Below are positions 19,690 through 28,810 of a stretch of 64,000 nt of DNA, piece after piece (within the stretch, counting starts at the first letter, position 1; every line of letters begins with the position of its first letter). The notes under the pieces were generated by a model. That model was not told where the DNA came from and did no database searches. It worked only from the letters and a program-made list of their open reading frames with translations. Source of the DNA: Candidatus Falkowbacteria bacterium (GTDB taxonomy: Bacteria; Patescibacteriota; Patescibacteriia; JAACEG01); assembly GCA_018651725.1 (NCBI GenBank), contig JABIDK010000014.1, positions 6,625 through 70,624 on the forward strand. The letters run 5' to 3'. Both the position numbers and the translations under genes were made by a program.

Positions 19690-20338
19690 GCACAGGGGAG
19701 GGGTATAAAAAATTGCCAACAAAAAGAGAGCGCTACTAGCGCCCCTTTAATATATATAATTTAATGGGCTGTAACGCTCTCGGCTCTTAAAAACTTCAAC
19801 AAATTCTCCTAATGGAGAAGTTTTGTTAGTTTTGTTTTAAAGAGCTGATGAGACGCGTACCCCCGAGCTTGTTTACGCAATTTATACTTTTCTACCGTTC
19901 TTGTGGTGATATCCCTAGAGCTTTATCGTAAGGAGACACCTTTTTTAATTTTTTTGTTTTTGTTTTTCAGGCCTTGGTCGGGTTCTTGGCCGATTCGAAG
20001 AGTAGAAAAGCGGGGAATATGCACAGTTTTATCAAATATTTCTAGCTATGTGTATTCCTCCCTTTTCTACCCCCTCCTATAGGGAGTAAAGTGCTAAAGA
20101 ACGTAATCTATACTTTTAATATCTTTATTATAGCATTTTTTAGCTGCATTGTCAACGGAGTCAATAGAGGTTTCCCTCTTGTATTTAAGCTAAATAGCTG
20201 CATACCTGTGGATATGTTTTTTCTTTAAATCAATAAAATATCCACTTTTACACAACTTATCCCCAACTTATCCCCAGACGTCAAAAAAAACATTGAAACA
20301 AAAAAACATAAAAACACACAGCCATTAATTTGGGCAGT
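19690..20338 (+). ncRNA. Candidate structured ncRNA (unclassified), ORF-free GC-enriched interval
   Basis: ~0.7 kb without ORF >30 aa, several GC-rich palindromes, long imperfect inverted repeat 20002-20025/20049-20070, terminated by plus-strand intrinsic terminator; class not recognised. Confidence 0.25.
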
Positions 20339-20382
20339 AACAAGCAGTAAATGGCTTGTTTTCTTGTTTTTATGTTTTTTTG
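20339..20382 (+). terminator. Intrinsic terminator (AACAAGCagtaaatgGCTTGTT + TTCTTGTTTTTATGTTTTTTT)
   Basis: 7-bp stem hairpin followed by a T-rich run on the plus strand; no plus-strand CDS upstream. Confidence 0.55.
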
Positions 20383-20393
20383 CTTTTGTGATA

Positions 20394-22274
20394 TTACACT
20401 TCAATCACTACCGGCAAGACCATTGGCCTTCTTTGAGTTTTTTGATACAGGAAATTACCCATTTTTTCTCTTATTTCATTACGAACATGTGTCCATTTAA
20501 CTGGTTTTTCCTTGGCTTTTTGTTCTACGATTTGTCTTACTTTTTTTCTAGCCTCTTCAACTAGCTCGCGAGACTCTTTCATATAGATAAAGCCCCTTGA
20601 AATAATGTCAGGATTTTGCAGTAATTTACCTGTTTTTTTATTAACTGTAACTATTACAGTAAACATGCCAAATTCGCTCATTACTTGACGATCACGAAGA
20701 ACTATTTGGCCAATATCACCAACACCAAGCCCATCTATGAAAATATAGTCGGTTTTGGCTTTTTTGTCGGATATTCCAACTTTTTTATTCTTTGATTCCA
20801 AGATTGAACCGTTATCTAGTATAAAGATGTTGTTTTTGTTAAAACCGGTTTCTATGGCTAGTTTTGCAGCTTCTTTTAAAAAGTAGTGATTGGCATAAAC
20901 AGGTAGATAGTAGGTTGGTTTTACTTGTTTTATTACTTCTTTAATGTCTTCGGCATTACAATGTCCGCTAGTATGCACATCCATAATGCCGGTATGTATC
21001 ACATTATCGCTTTTTCTGTACAAATCATCTTTGATTCTTTGAATAGTTCTTTCGTTCCCAGGAATAACCGAAGAAGAGAAGACAACAGTATCTTTTTTAT
21101 TTATTTGAATGTATCTGTGTTTTCCCTTTATAATTCTAGATAAAACCGCATTACTTTCACCTTGCGCGCCTGTACAGATGATAACTATTTTATTCTTTGG
21201 ATATTTAGCTATATTTTTAATATCAATCAAAACCCCCTTAGGGACTTTAACATAACCCAGCTCTTTAGCAATTTCAATGTTCATTTTCATGCTATATCCA
21301 TCTAAAGCTACTTTTTTCCCTGTTTTCCAAGAATGTTCTATGATTTGTCCAATTCGTCTTACTTGAGAGGAAAAAGTCCCAATAATTACTCTTTCCGGAG
21401 CAGAATCAATAAGCTTTTTAAGATTTTCATACATTGTTATTTCTGGAGTAGGTGTTTTATAGTCTGTTGCTCCCAAACTTTCAAGCATTAAGAACGTTGG
21501 TTTTGGTAGTTTTGCCAGTTCGGCATAAGACATTACCCTGTTTCCTTTTTCATCTCTTTCAAGAGTCCAGTCACCCGGATGAATGATTGTTCCCTCTGGA
21601 GTAGTTAAGGTGGCTCCAACAGCATCCATGATAGAATGTTCAACATCAAAAAAGCCGACTTTAAAAGCACCTAATTGAATCTTTTGATTTAAAGATTTTA
21701 TTAAGGCTATATTTAACAGCTTAGAAGATTTTTTTTGATTATCTTCCATTTTTCGTTTAATTGAGGCGATTGTAAAGTCTCGACCAATAACAAGAGGATA
21801 ACCAAGCTGGTTTAAAAGTATCGGAGCAGCTCCAATATGATCAAGATGACCATGACTAAAGATTACACCGCGAATATTTTTCTCTTTTCCTTTTAAATAA
21901 GAGATATCAGGTACAATATAGTCTACTCCAGGCATATCTTCTTCTGGAAACTGCATACCCATATCAAGTATTACAATATCTTCGCCATACTCAAAAACAG
22001 TCATATTTCGTCCGACTTCTTCTTGTCCTCCTAAAGGAATGATTTTTAATGTTTTGTTTTGAGAAAACCTTCCTGGCTTTCTTCTTTTATTTGAGTGAGT
22101 TTGTTGCAAATAAGGTTTTTTAATTGTTTTTTTACCTTGTTCTTTTGTATAAGGTTTGGAAAACGTTGTTTTCTTTTGCATTTTTGGCAAAGGTTTTTTA
22201 ACATCTTTTTCTTGTGCATTAAATATTTTAGGAGCTTTTGTGTAGCGCCTAATAGGTTTTTTGTTTTCTGTCAT
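20394..22274 (-). CDS. rnj: Ribonuclease J (metallo-beta-lactamase/beta-CASP RNase) with ~70-aa basic N-terminal extension
   Basis: HxHxDH motif FSHGHLDHIGA, beta-CASP and RNA-metabolising C-terminal domain; K/R-rich N-terminal tail. Confidence 0.9.
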   Translation of the reverse strand: MTENKKPIRRYTKAPKIFNAQEKDVKKPLPKMQKKTTFSKPYTKEQGKKTIKKPYLQQTHSNKRRKPGRFSQNKTLKIIPLGGQEEVGRNMTVFEYGEDIVILDMGMQFPEEDMPGVDYIVPDISYLKGKEKNIRGVIFSHGHLDHIGAAPILLNQLGYPLVIGRDFTIASIKRKMEDNQKKSSKLLNIALIKSLNQKIQLGAFKVGFFDVEHSIMDAVGATLTTPEGTIIHPGDWTLERDEKGNRVMSYAELAKLPKPTFLMLESLGATDYKTPTPEITMYENLKKLIDSAPERVIIGTFSSQVRRIGQIIEHSWKTGKKVALDGYSMKMNIEIAKELGYVKVPKGVLIDIKNIAKYPKNKIVIICTGAQGESNAVLSRIIKGKHRYIQINKKDTVVFSSSVIPGNERTIQRIKDDLYRKSDNVIHTGIMDVHTSGHCNAEDIKEVIKQVKPTYYLPVYANHYFLKEAAKLAIETGFNKNNIFILDNGSILESKNKKVGISDKKAKTDYIFIDGLGVGDIGQIVLRDRQVMSEFGMFTVIVTVNKKTGKLLQNPDIISRGFIYMKESRELVEEARKKVRQIVEQKAKEKPVKWTHVRNEIREKMGNFLYQKTQRRPMVLPVVIEV

Positions 22275-22345
22275 AAAATGAATTGTGTAAATACTTTACC
22301 TCTCCGATAGGTAAAGTTAGTTAATTATTTAGTTAGATAATAGTG

Positions 22346-22429
22346 TGGGAACGGGGAGACTTGAACTCCCATGGACTGATGTCCACTAGCCCCTCAAGCT
22401 AGCGCGTCTACCAATTCCGCCACGTTCCC
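22346..22429 (-). tRNA. tRNA-Leu (anticodon GAG), long variable arm
   Basis: Acceptor GGGAACG/CGTTCCC, D-arm GCGGAATTGGTAGACGC, anticodon stem-loop CTAGC-TTGAGGG-GCTAG, variable hairpin TGGACATCAGTCCA, T-arm GGGAGTTCAAGTCTCCC. Confidence 0.8.
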
Positions 22430-22524
22430 CAAATACAAAAATGGGTTACCAATTGGTAATTTTATTAAATAAGTTTATTTTTAGTAACTTCTCCCATTAA
22501 TTTAAGTTCAGAGGGAGTTAAATA

Positions 22525-23049
22525 TTATAAAACTTTTTTAAGTCGTTTTTTATAGTCGCGGCGCAAGAAGTATAGTTTAGCGCGTCGAGTTTTTATCTTG
22601 TGAAGTAGCTCAATTTTTTCAATTGTTGGTAAAGCAAGAGGAAATATTTTTTCTACGGCGATTCCGTTGGAAACTTTTCTAATAGTAATAGTAGCACCTG
22701 CTTCATTACCACCTTTACGGGCTAAAACAGTACCTTCAAAGTATTGAAGACGTTCTTTAATCTCTCCTTTTGGATTTTTTTCTTTAATCTTTTGCCAAAG
22801 CTTAATAACCATACCAGGCTTTACATCAGCTGGAGAAATAAGATCAGTTTTTTGAGAGCTTTTAGCTTTTTTCTTGTTATTAGTTTCAGGCTCTTCTGCT
22901 TTATCTTCAAGTTTCTCGTTATTTTGCTTTTTATCATCCTGTTCCAACTCTTTTTCTTTCTCGGTTTTTGGATTCACTTCACTGTTTTTTGGTTTATCCT
23001 CAGTAGTTTCAGCGGAGGATGGTTTTTTTGTATCTTTTTCTTCGGACAT
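22525..23049 (-). CDS. rplS: 50S ribosomal protein L19 with ~65-aa K/E-rich N-terminal extension
   Basis: C-terminal 110 aa match L19 pattern (VKPGMVIKLWQKIKEKNPKGEIKERLQYFEGTVLARKGG...RRDYKK). Confidence 0.9.
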   Translation of the reverse strand: MSEEKDTKKPSSAETTEDKPKNSEVNPKTEKEKELEQDDKKQNNEKLEDKAEEPETNNKKKAKSSQKTDLISPADVKPGMVIKLWQKIKEKNPKGEIKERLQYFEGTVLARKGGNEAGATITIRKVSNGIAVEKIFPLALPTIEKIELLHKIKTRRAKLYFLRRDYKKRLKKVL

Positions 23050-23080
23050 ATATTAATTAGCTTATAGCTTCACTAGCTTT
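23050..23080 (-). repeat. AAGCTA x3 spaced repeats abutting rplS start codon (AAAGCTAGTGAAGCTATAAGCTAATTAATAT-ATG)
   Basis: Seen directly; no SD sequence. Confidence 0.4.
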
Positions 23081-23088
23081 TTAAAAAA

Positions 23089-23514
23089 TTATTTGTTTTC
23101 TGCTGGCTTTTCTTCTTTTTTCTCTTCCTTTTTTTCTTCAGTAGCAGGTTTGTCTTCAGATTTTACGTCTTCTTTTGCTTCTTGCTTAGACTCTTCTGTT
23201 TTTGGTGCTTCTTTAGATTCTTCCCCTTCTTCTTTTTCTTTCTTCTTTGGAGAAGTCGCTTTTATTTTTTTAGCATCGATAATTTTTTCATCAATAAAAA
23301 GATTATGAAGAGTTACAGACGGCTGAGCGCCAACACCTAGCCAATATTTAATTCTATCGGTTTTTAGATTAACGGTATTTGGCTTAGTTCTTGGGTTATA
23401 AGTTCCAAGATTTTCAAGATAATCTCCCCAAGGATCTTTTCTTTTGTCTAAAACAATAACCCTATAGATAGGTTGTTTTTTCTTTCCCATTCGTCTTAAT
23501 CGAATTGATAACAT
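23089..23514 (-). CDS. rpsP: 30S ribosomal protein S16 with K/E-rich C-terminal extension
   Basis: MLSIRLRRMGKKKQPIYRVIVLDKRKDPWGDYLENLGTYNP... canonical S16 N-terminus. Confidence 0.9.
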   Translation of the reverse strand: MLSIRLRRMGKKKQPIYRVIVLDKRKDPWGDYLENLGTYNPRTKPNTVNLKTDRIKYWLGVGAQPSVTLHNLFIDEKIIDAKKIKATSPKKKEKEEGEESKEAPKTEESKQEAKEDVKSEDKPATEEKKEEKKEEKPAENK

Positions 23515-23540
23515 AGCATTAGTCGAAAGTCTATAAAGTT
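23515..23540 (-). promoter_or_regulatory. Conserved GACTTT-CGACTAAT-GCT-ATG motif abutting rpsP start
   Basis: Minus-strand sequence AGACTTTCGACTAATGCTATG; same motif upstream of smc and ndk. Confidence 0.45.
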
Positions 23541-23736
23541 AATTTTTTTATAGCTTTAACTTTTTTAATTTATTTGTTTAACAAAAAAATCGGTTACTTA
23601 ACATGAGTAACTTATTATTTTTAAATTTTAACATAGTATAAAAAAAAGTCAAGGGATAGCGGTAAAACGGCTTGATTATTAGATAAAAATGTTGTAGCCT
23701 GTATATAGATTCATTATCTAATAGGTTTATTAATAT

Positions 23737-24768
23737 ATGAACAATAAAAAACTTAAAGATTTTTTGGCTAAAAATAACCAGCCTGGATTTCGTTATAAAC
23801 AAATTGTAAAAGCAGTTTATCAAGATGCGGTTGCGTCTTTTAGTGATATTTCGACTTTGCCTAGAGGTTTGCGTGATTTATTGGGTAAGAAAATTGATAT
23901 TTTGCCTTTTAAGGTGATTGAGGCTGTTGTGTCAAAAGAAAAAAAAGCAATAAAAGCCTTATTTGAGCTCTCTGATAAAAATATAATTGAGTCAGTGCTT
24001 ATTTCTCCAAAGCCCGGAACATGGTCGGCGTGTATCTCGTCTCAAGTTGGGTGTGCTTTGTCTTGTAAATTTTGCGCAACTGGGCAAATGGGAATAAAGA
24101 GAGATTTAACCAGTGATGAAATTGTTAGTCAAGCGATTTTTTGGAGACAATATTCACGCGAATATAATATAGAAGGGTCGTATGCCAGCATTGTTTATAT
24201 GGGAATGGGAGAGCCGTTTAAAAACTGGGAGAACGTTAGGGAGAGCATTAAAATTCTTACAGATAAAGATCTGGGGAATTTTCCAAATCGCGGATTGTCA
24301 ATATCAACATCAGGCGTTGTTCCTGGAGTTAAAAAATTTGCCAATGAATTTAAACAAGTGAACTTGGCGATATCACTGCACTTTGCCAACAATGAAAAAC
24401 GCAGTAAATATATGCCTATAAATAAAGCATATGACTTAGAGGCCTTGAAAAATGCTTTACAATATTATTTTAGCAAAAATAAGAGAAAAGTTTTTATTGA
24501 ATATATTATGTTGAATAATATTAATGATAGTGAAGGTGATGCTCAAGAACTGATTGATTATTTGCTTTCAATTGAAAACAAAAAACTTTTGCATGTAAAT
24601 TTAATCAGATATAATACAGTTGATAATAATTTTACTCCATCATCAAGAGAAAGAGTAAAAGATTTTCAAACTTTTTTGCTTGATCAAGGTATTTCATGCA
24701 CAATTCGTAAAAGCATCGGAGACGACATCCATGGAGCCTGCGGACAGTTAGCGGGAAAAAGCAAATAA
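23737..24768 (+). CDS. rlmN: 23S rRNA/tRNA (adenine-C2)-methyltransferase RlmN (radical SAM)
   Basis: CALSCKFCATG radical-SAM motif, RlmN/Cfr architecture, 343 aa. Confidence 0.9.
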   Translation: MNNKKLKDFLAKNNQPGFRYKQIVKAVYQDAVASFSDISTLPRGLRDLLGKKIDILPFKVIEAVVSKEKKAIKALFELSDKNIIESVLISPKPGTWSACISSQVGCALSCKFCATGQMGIKRDLTSDEIVSQAIFWRQYSREYNIEGSYASIVYMGMGEPFKNWENVRESIKILTDKDLGNFPNRGLSISTSGVVPGVKKFANEFKQVNLAISLHFANNEKRSKYMPINKAYDLEALKNALQYYFSKNKRKVFIEYIMLNNINDSEGDAQELIDYLLSIENKKLLHVNLIRYNTVDNNFTPSSRERVKDFQTFLLDQGISCTIRKSIGDDIHGACGQLAGKSK

Positions 24769-24894
24769 AAAATTTGTTTGCTAAGGAGCTTCGAGTGTTT
24801 GACTTTTACGGTATTTAACTATAGTTTATTAATAAACAACAGTAAGCACCTTTGACAATTTAAAAATAAAAAAACAATAACAGGAGAGTTGATT

Positions 24895-26118
24895 ATGGAA
24901 AAAAGAAGAGTTGTAGTAACCGGGATGGGTTTAATCTCTAGTATCGGTAGTTCTGTAAAAGAAGTTGCCAGATCACTTTTTGAGGGTAAATCAGGAATTA
25001 AGTATTGCTCAGAGTATAAAGAAATGGGTTTGCTATCTCAAATCGCCGGGTCATTACCTGATCCAATAAAAATGATTAGCAAGAACAAAATAAAGCGTTT
25101 TATGAGTAAAGGGGCGGCTTTTGCTTACTTGGCGATGGTACAGGCTATAAATGACGCTAATTTATCTGAAGATTTTATTGTTAATCCCAGAACAGGATTG
25201 ATAGTTGGAACCGGCGGTGGTTCGCCAATCAGCTCTGACTTAGTAGCTGAAACTGTTAGAAGCAAAGGGTTTAATAGATTACGTCCTTTTTTTGTTCCAA
25301 AATGTATGGTTAATTCGCCCTCAGCAAACTTAGATGTTTTGTTTGGTATAAAAGGAATTTCTTTTTCTCTGGGGTCCGCTTGTGCAACGGGCGCACACTG
25401 TGTTGGCGAGGCTTGGGAAAAGATAGTTCATAACAAGCAAGACATTATATTTGCCGGAGGAGCTGATGAACAAGACTGGATTATTGCTTCAGCCTTTGAT
25501 AGTGCTAATGCCTTGTCAAGGCGAAACAATAATCCCACGAAGGCGTCTAGGCCTTACGACAGAGATCGTGATGGTTTTGTTATAGCTAGTGGTTCCGGCA
25601 TTTTGATCTTAGAGGAGCTTAACCATGCTTTATCACGTGGAGCTAAAATTTACGCTGAGATTATCGGATATGCAGCAACCTCTGATGGGTTTAGCATGGT
25701 TGTTCCTTCCGGAGAGGGCGCTGAAAGATGTATGCAAGATGCTCTGAGTGTAGCGGAGATTAGCAGCAGTAGTGTTGATTATATTAATCCTCACGGAACA
25801 AGTACACCACTTGGAGATATCGTTGAGCTAAAAGCCATTAAAGAAGTTTTTGGTAATGATATACCTTATATTAGTTCAACAAAATCTTTAACCGGCCATG
25901 GTCTTGGTGCAACCGGAGTTCAAGAACTTATTTATTCAATTATAATGATGAAAAATTGTTTTATCTCGGCATCCGCTAACATTGAAAATCTTGATTCAGA
26001 AGCAGAAAGCTTTCCAATTTTAACCAAGCGCTTAAATGGATACTCTCCTAACGTTGTAATGTCTAACAGCTTTGGCTTTGGAGGAACCAATGCTGTTATT
26101 ATAATGAAAAAAATTTGA
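24895..26118 (+). CDS. fabF: 3-oxoacyl-[ACP] synthase (KAS I/II, FabF/FabB type)
   Basis: MEKRRVVVTGMGLISSIG N-terminus, active-site Cys region GISFSLGSACATGAHC, His-His region; SD AGGAGAG 9 nt upstream of ATG 24895. Confidence 0.85.
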   Translation: MEKRRVVVTGMGLISSIGSSVKEVARSLFEGKSGIKYCSEYKEMGLLSQIAGSLPDPIKMISKNKIKRFMSKGAAFAYLAMVQAINDANLSEDFIVNPRTGLIVGTGGGSPISSDLVAETVRSKGFNRLRPFFVPKCMVNSPSANLDVLFGIKGISFSLGSACATGAHCVGEAWEKIVHNKQDIIFAGGADEQDWIIASAFDSANALSRRNNNPTKASRPYDRDRDGFVIASGSGILILEELNHALSRGAKIYAEIIGYAATSDGFSMVVPSGEGAERCMQDALSVAEISSSSVDYINPHGTSTPLGDIVELKAIKEVFGNDIPYISSTKSLTGHGLGATGVQELIYSIIMMKNCFISASANIENLDSEAESFPILTKRLNGYSPNVVMSNSFGFGGTNAVIIMKKI

Positions 26119-26188
26119 AAACCAATTTTTATTGGAAAAAAACAGGAAGCTTTTAAGTAAGCTTCCTTTTTAATTGGATCTATATTTT

Positions 26189-28810
26189 TTACCGCGCGGC
26201 GTTTGTTTTTGCGTCTTCAAGTTTTATGCTTAAAACTTTGGAAACCCCTTTTTCTTGCATGGTTATGCCATACAAAACTTTAGCCACCTCCATTGTGGCA
26301 CGGTTGTGGGAGATTGTGATGAATTGCGTTTTATGAGAAAGATCTTTTAAAATTTTAGCAAAGCGAATTGAGTTAGCTTCGTCTAAAGCGGCGTCTACTT
26401 CATCTAAAATTACAAAAGGAGAAGGATTAATTGAGATGATAGCGCAAATTAAAGCGATTGATGTCAAAGATTTTTCACCACCCGACAAAATATGGATGTC
26501 TTTCAGTTTTTTACCATGAGGCGCGGCTTGAATATCAATACCTATTTCCTGCTTTTCTTTATTTTTTGATTTCTCTTTTACTTCTTCATTGTTCTCTTCT
26601 TCATTTTCATCTGAATCTTCTGTTGGAATATTTATTATATTTTTAATTAACTTTGCCTCTCCGCCATCAAAAAGAGTTTTAAAATATTTATTGAACTGTT
26701 TATTAATTTTAGAAAAAGATTCGTCAAATTTATTTTTAATTATTTTATCAAGATCAGCGATAATGCCGGTTAGCTTTAGACTGCTTTCCTCCATATCTTC
26801 TACTTGTTCACTTAAAAATTCATAACGCTCTCTTACTTCTTTGTGCTCCTCTATTGTCTCCGGGTCTATTCCCCCGATCATACTTAGTTGATTTTTTAGT
26901 CTATGGATTTTATTTTCGTCTATTTCTTCTTGAGATTCTGTTATGTTTAACTTGCTTAAACTTTTTATTTCTTCTCGTATTTCTTTTTCCAAGCCTTCTT
27001 TCCTGGTTTCTTCTTTTGTTAATCTGATAAGGACTTCGTTGATTTCGTTTTTACTTCTATTTAGTCTAATCTGTTCGCTTTGAATTTTATCTTGCAAAGA
27101 AAATGTTTTGTCTTTTTTATCTTGTTCTTGTCTATTAAAATTATCTAAATTATTTTTGACTTCTTTTATTTTTTTATCGATTTCTCGAATTTTTTCATTG
27201 AGTTTTTGCTCGTTATCTTGTAACTCTTTTAAAGAGGTTTTTTGGTCAGCAACCTGATTTTTTTTGATTTCTTGTTTAAGGTTATCTAACTCTTCTTTGA
27301 TTTCTTTTATTCGAGATTTTATCATTCGCTCTTTTTCTTCGTTAACATTTTTGTTTATCTCTAAACTGCTTAATTTATTTAAAATTTCATTTTTAGAGCT
27401 CAGTAAATCTTCTTGATCTTCTTTGATTTTATTTATTTTTTGAGTTACCCGCACTTCATAATCGTTGTTTTCTTTTTTGGAAAGTTCTTTTAAATTATCT
27501 TTAATTTTTTCAGCGTTGTTTTTGATTTTTTGAAAATCTTGTTGTTCTTTAGCTAGTTCAATTTGTTTAATTAACTCTCTTTGCTTCAAAATAATTTTTT
27601 GTAAAAGCTCATCCCAGTTTTTGTTGTCCGAAGAAAAAGTTTGTTCGGACATTTTTTCCAGCTCCAACTTTAAATTATTTATTTTCTGGCTAATTTCAGC
27701 AAGATTTTTTTCTTCACGATTTATTTTTTGATTAATCATTTTGCCTTCTTCTGCTATCAGCTCAAGTTCGTTTTTTATTTTATTTTCCTGCAAAATTAAA
27801 TCATCTTTACTCCGCGTAATCCAGGCTAAATCAAGTTTACCTTCTTTTTTATACTCTAAGTTTATTTCACCCTGGACAATCGTAAGTTTTTTAAAGAGTT
27901 TGTTTTTTTCACTGTTAAAATCATCAAATTTTTCTTTTAGTTCATTAAATCTTTCGCTACGACTGCTGTCAGAGGCTAAAATCGCCAGCTCTTTTTGAAA
28001 AACCAAAAAATTTTCGCCGATTTCTTTATCTGCTTGTTTTTTATTTTTCAGCTCTGAATTTATCTCAGTTATTTTATCTTGTAAACCAAAATACAGATTG
28101 CTATAGTGTTTTATTTGCAAACTTTCCAGTTCGGTTTTTATTTTTTCGCGTTTTTCCAGTTTTTTAACTTGACGGGATAAGAGTCTTAAGTGCGGTTCAA
28201 GTTCGTTTAAGCTGATTTTAATTTGTTCCAAGTTTATTTTAGTGCGATTTAAATTGTTGATAGTTCTGTGCCTTTTAATTTGATACTGTTTAACCCCAAC
28301 AGCTTCATCGAAAAATTCTTTTCTTTCTTTTACCCCAGCTTGCAAGATATAGTCGATCATTCCCTGTCCAACAATACTAAAACTTTTTTGCCCAAAGTTA
28401 GCTTTAGCCAAAAGCATAGTAATATCAGCTAAACGAGCCTTAGATTTATTTAAAAGGTATTCACTGTCTCCGTTTCGGTATAATTTTCGTGTAATCATTA
28501 GCTCAGAATATTCAATCGGCAGGACTTTATCGTGATTGTTTATAAAAATAGACACCTCGGCCATGCCAAGTTGAGACTTTCCTCCAGCACCATGAAAAAT
28601 AACGTCATGAGATTTTTTTCCACGAAGTAGTTTTAAACTTTGCTCACCCAAAACCCAGCGGATAGCATCCACGACATTTGATTTCCCGGATCCGTTAGGT
28701 CCAACAACAGCTGTTATACCTTTATTGCCCTTTTCAGGTTCAGGAAAGATAAATTCAGTTTTATTAGCGAAAGATTTAAAACCGCGAATTTCAATTTTTT
28801 CTAGAAACAT
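26189..28810 (-). CDS. smc: SMC-family chromosome segregation ATPase (short, ~873 aa)
   Basis: N-terminal Walker A VVGPNGSGKSNVVDAI, extended coiled coil, C-terminal signature LSGGEKSLTSIAL and Walker B ILDEVDAALD; ORF-track start is TTG, ATG at 28810. Confidence 0.85.
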   Translation of the reverse strand: MFLEKIEIRGFKSFANKTEFIFPEPEKGNKGITAVVGPNGSGKSNVVDAIRWVLGEQSLKLLRGKKSHDVIFHGAGGKSQLGMAEVSIFINNHDKVLPIEYSELMITRKLYRNGDSEYLLNKSKARLADITMLLAKANFGQKSFSIVGQGMIDYILQAGVKERKEFFDEAVGVKQYQIKRHRTINNLNRTKINLEQIKISLNELEPHLRLLSRQVKKLEKREKIKTELESLQIKHYSNLYFGLQDKITEINSELKNKKQADKEIGENFLVFQKELAILASDSSRSERFNELKEKFDDFNSEKNKLFKKLTIVQGEINLEYKKEGKLDLAWITRSKDDLILQENKIKNELELIAEEGKMINQKINREEKNLAEISQKINNLKLELEKMSEQTFSSDNKNWDELLQKIILKQRELIKQIELAKEQQDFQKIKNNAEKIKDNLKELSKKENNDYEVRVTQKINKIKEDQEDLLSSKNEILNKLSSLEINKNVNEEKERMIKSRIKEIKEELDNLKQEIKKNQVADQKTSLKELQDNEQKLNEKIREIDKKIKEVKNNLDNFNRQEQDKKDKTFSLQDKIQSEQIRLNRSKNEINEVLIRLTKEETRKEGLEKEIREEIKSLSKLNITESQEEIDENKIHRLKNQLSMIGGIDPETIEEHKEVRERYEFLSEQVEDMEESSLKLTGIIADLDKIIKNKFDESFSKINKQFNKYFKTLFDGGEAKLIKNIINIPTEDSDENEEENNEEVKEKSKNKEKQEIGIDIQAAPHGKKLKDIHILSGGEKSLTSIALICAIISINPSPFVILDEVDAALDEANSIRFAKILKDLSHKTQFITISHNRATMEVAKVLYGITMQEKGVSKVLSIKLEDAKTNAAR

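Noticed and set aside
19845-19852. CTGATGAG hammerhead-ribozyme-like core in the candidate ncRNA region
   Set aside because: No downstream GAAA/stem II-III arrangement; isolated octamer probably coincidental
19690-20390. tmRNA / SRP RNA / RNase P RNA assignment for the 0.7-kb ORF-free region
   Set aside because: Could not find tRNA-like 3' end (TCCACCA), tag-peptide reading frame, SRP domain IV GGAA motif or RNase P P4 on either strand by eye; left as unclassified candidate
22744-23308. Plus-strand ORFs antisense to rplS/rpsP (F/S-rich translations)
   Set aside because: Mirror images of the K/E-rich extension codons (AAG/GAA read as CTT/TTC); artifacts
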